DNA from: a virus
Length of the DNA stretch: 44,287 bases
Strand: one strand, 5' to 3'
IMG/VR virus record: IMGVR_UViG_3300002461_000457
Location: 1-44,287 of that record
A model generated the notes under the pieces. That model was not told the origin of the DNA, did not search any database, and worked only from the letters and a program-made list of their open reading frames with translations. The position numbers and the translations under genes were made by a program. Positions within the stretch are counted from its first letter, which is position 1, and each line of letters begins with the position of its first letter. Below, in pieces: positions 42,617 through 44,287 of this stretch.

Positions 42617-42640
42617 GCACTGCTCCTCACGCAAGTCCCA

Positions 42641-42913
42641 CTACCTCCTTTCTCGAGTCTTGATCATCCGCAGGTTGCCCCGCAGGTATCCGATGTAGCT
42701 CCGCTTGGGCGGACCGTTCCTGCCCACGTGGAACTCGCTGCAGTAGGGGCAATGGTACACGTGCGACTGCTCGGCCCATCGACGGCCGCGCCCGTGCTCA
42801 TACGCCTGCACCGCAGTGGCGAACCGATGCTTGCCCTCGCAGGTAGCGGCGCGGCGCTCATCGGTCCTGACGTGCTCCTCGAGCCGGCGTATCACGTCTG
42901 CCCAGTCGATCAC
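42641..42913 (-). CDS. hypothetical Cys/His protein (90 aa)
   Basis: ATGA overlap with the RuvC stop. Contains CEGKH...HCPYCSEFH. Confidence 0.6.
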   Translation of the reverse strand: MIDWADVIRRLEEHVRTDERRAATCEGKHRFATAVQAYEHGRGRRWAEQSHVYHCPYCSEFHVGRNGPPKRSYIGYLRGNLRMIKTRERR

Positions 42914-43461
42914 GCCACGAGCTCCAACTCCGGCCGGCTGCCGTCGAGGAACGCGTCACCCAGGCGCCGCTGCTGGGCTGCGTAGCGTGCGATGAGCACC
43001 GCCTCGGCCCGCCCGTGGTCCTTCTTCCGGGCGAACAGCGTGCTGCCAGGGTAGATGCGCTTCACGCAGGCCAGGGCCTTGTCCTTGTCGGCGTCGAGCC
43101 CGTACATCCGCTTCCAGGTGCGCGATGGCACTCGCATGGTGGCGAGCCCCAGGCACTCGAGCACTCCGCGGATGGCGCCGCGGCTGTCGCCCAGGCTGAA
43201 GGCGCCGAGCGTGCCGTGCCCGGCGTTGCTGCCGCCGATCTTCGGCATCGGGTGAACATCCTCGACCCAGACCTCGTCGATCTCGCTCAGATGCACGCGC
43301 AGGAACCGGCCGAGCTCGCCGGCATCGATCTCGTTGGTGCTGCGCCCCTTCTTGCCGGCGTCGCGCACCGGCATGTCGATGACCCAGTGCAGCCCGCCGG
43401 CAGGGCCGACTGCCGCGACTGCCCCGGTAATTCCCGGGTCGATCCCTACGATCAGGCCCAT
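42910..43461 (-). CDS. ruvC: RuvC-like Holliday junction resolvase (183 aa)
   Basis: Internal ATG 43461. Contains MGLIVGIDPGITGAVAAV...EVWVEDVHPM...KKDHGRAEAVLIARY, with the RuvC-type acidic residues in the expected order. Confidence 0.8.
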   Translation of the reverse strand: MGLIVGIDPGITGAVAAVGPAGGLHWVIDMPVRDAGKKGRSTNEIDAGELGRFLRVHLSEIDEVWVEDVHPMPKIGGSNAGHGTLGAFSLGDSRGAIRGVLECLGLATMRVPSRTWKRMYGLDADKDKALACVKRIYPGSTLFARKKDHGRAEAVLIARYAAQQRRLGDAFLDGSRPELELVA

Positions 43462-43462
43462 G

Positions 43463-43711
43463 TCAGCGGCTCCCCTTCTTGCCTCTGTGCCTCTGGAGAA
43501 AATCATCCAGCAATACCGCCAGGAGCATCGACACCTCGCGCCCGATCGTCTGTCCGCTCTGCTTCGCGAGGCGCCCGAACATTGGAACGAGCCGCTTCGG
43601 GATCGGGACGACAACGTCAACGTACTCGAGCTTCACCGGCCTCTTCGCCGCCTTCTTCGCCACCTTCTTCGCCGGCCTCTTCTTCGCTGCAGCCTTCTTC
43701 GCCGTCGTCAT
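43463..43711 (-). CDS. DNA-binding protein: Lys/Ala-rich histone-H1-like tail plus ribbon-helix-helix-like domain (82 aa)
   Basis: ATGA overlap at 43708-43711. Sequence is MTTAKKAAAKKRPAKKVAKKAAKRPVKLEYVDVVVPIPKRLVPMFGRLAKQSGQTIGREVSMLLAVLLDDFL. Confidence 0.6.
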   Translation of the reverse strand: MTTAKKAAAKKRPAKKVAKKAAKRPVKLEYVDVVVPIPKRLVPMFGRLAKQSGQTIGREVSMLLAVLLDDFLQRHRGKKGSR

Positions 43712-43950
43712 GCTTCGCTCTCCTCGGTCATGTTGCGGGTGGCGTGCCTCAGGTCTGCCTCGATCCAGGGCAGCGGGCACTGGTCGTTGTACACGCCAAC
43801 GCACGACCGAATCCCGAGAACATCGACAGTCTTCTCGAATCGATCGTCCTGGATGGGCAGCAGCTTGAACCGCCCGGTCTTCAAATTGATGAACAGCGCC
43901 ACCGGCCCCTCTGCCCGATGCGCGACTTCGATCACGTACGACGGCGTCAT
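43708..43950 (-). CDS. hypothetical protein (80 aa)
   Basis: Internal ATG 43950 forms ATGA with the upstream stop. Confidence 0.6.
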   Translation of the reverse strand: MTPSYVIEVAHRAEGPVALFINLKTGRFKLLPIQDDRFEKTVDVLGIRSCVGVYNDQCPLPWIEADLRHATRNMTEESEA

Positions 43951-44147
43951 CCCTGTACCCTCCATTCCTCGAGTTCCTCCGGCGTTGCCGGGCGCACCAT
44001 GCGCCGAGTCATCACGCTCGGAGACTGCACGTGCTCGAGGGTTGGCGCACCACGACGCTGCACCTCGATCACCTTGCTCATCGTGCTCGGCATCGCCGGG
44101 GAGGCGAGCCAAGCGTAGCCGCTCTCGTCGAACACGATCTCGATCAT
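43947..44147 (-). CDS. hypothetical protein (66 aa)
   Basis: Internal ATG 44147 lies 9 nt after GAGGA and forms ATGA with the stop of the junction-spanning gene. Confidence 0.6.
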   Translation of the reverse strand: MIEIVFDESGYAWLASPAMPSTMSKVIEVQRRGAPTLEHVQSPSVMTRRMVRPATPEELEEWRVQG

Positions 44148-44287
44148 GCCGGCTCGTCCTCTGATTCCGGCTCGTCGTGAAGCGCTGTTAAGCGGCAGAT
44201 CTTGGGTGGCCAGCAGACCTCGAGCTCCATGCGCTGCCACCGCATTTCCAGCTGGGCCTCGGCTGCACCGGGGCGCTTCAGCCAGAT
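44144..44287 (-). CDS. C-terminal part of the junction-spanning HTH gene (same gene as 1..322)
   Basis: In phase with 1..322 through the 94-bp repeat. It ends ...MRWQRMELEVCWPPKICRLTALHDEPESEDEPA, with TGA at 44146-44144. Confidence 0.7.
   Translation of the reverse strand: MWLKRPGAAEAQLEMRWQRMELEVCWPPKICRLTALHDEPESEDEPA
44194..44287. repeat. terminal direct repeat, copy 2
   Basis: Identical to 1-94. Confidence 0.95.

Overview
The window is one complete, visibly GC-rich tailed-phage genome. Its first and last 94 nt are identical, giving a 44,193-bp circular or circularly permuted unit. It is almost entirely coding and falls into two blocks that diverge from a regulatory region at 1865-2142. 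(1) A plus-strand early block (2143-9126) encodes a DUF932-type protein, a run of very small Cys-rich or transmembrane proteins, a YqaJ-type exonuclease with a putative annealing protein, and four unknowns. (2) A minus-strand block starts at a Cro-like gene (1864) and runs leftwards through the contig junction. In order it carries: a replication-initiator-like gene with internal iterons, small DNA-binding proteins, RuvC-like resolvase, TerS, TerL, a ~3-kb accessory island with an HNH endonuclease, portal, scaffold, major capsid, a tandem array of three LamG-domain genes, T7-like tail and internal-virion genes, a 9.8-kb ORF (3,281 codons), tail fibre, and a lysis cassette (GH108 endolysin, 3-TM holin). 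I see no integrase, CI-type repressor, DNA or RNA polymerase, tRNA, CRISPR array or reverse transcriptase. The most interesting items are: the mega-ORF sitting in the ejection-protein position; a ~190-nt stretch inside it where the coding signal moves to another frame and hits a stop; the LamG paralogue array; and the terL-portal island, where an HNH gene sits next to a divergent copy of the first ~25-33 codons of the major capsid gene. Other items are an iteron-type origin inside the replication gene and a terminator-like hairpin at the early/late boundary. All functional calls rest on motifs recognised by eye and on gene order. No database search was run.
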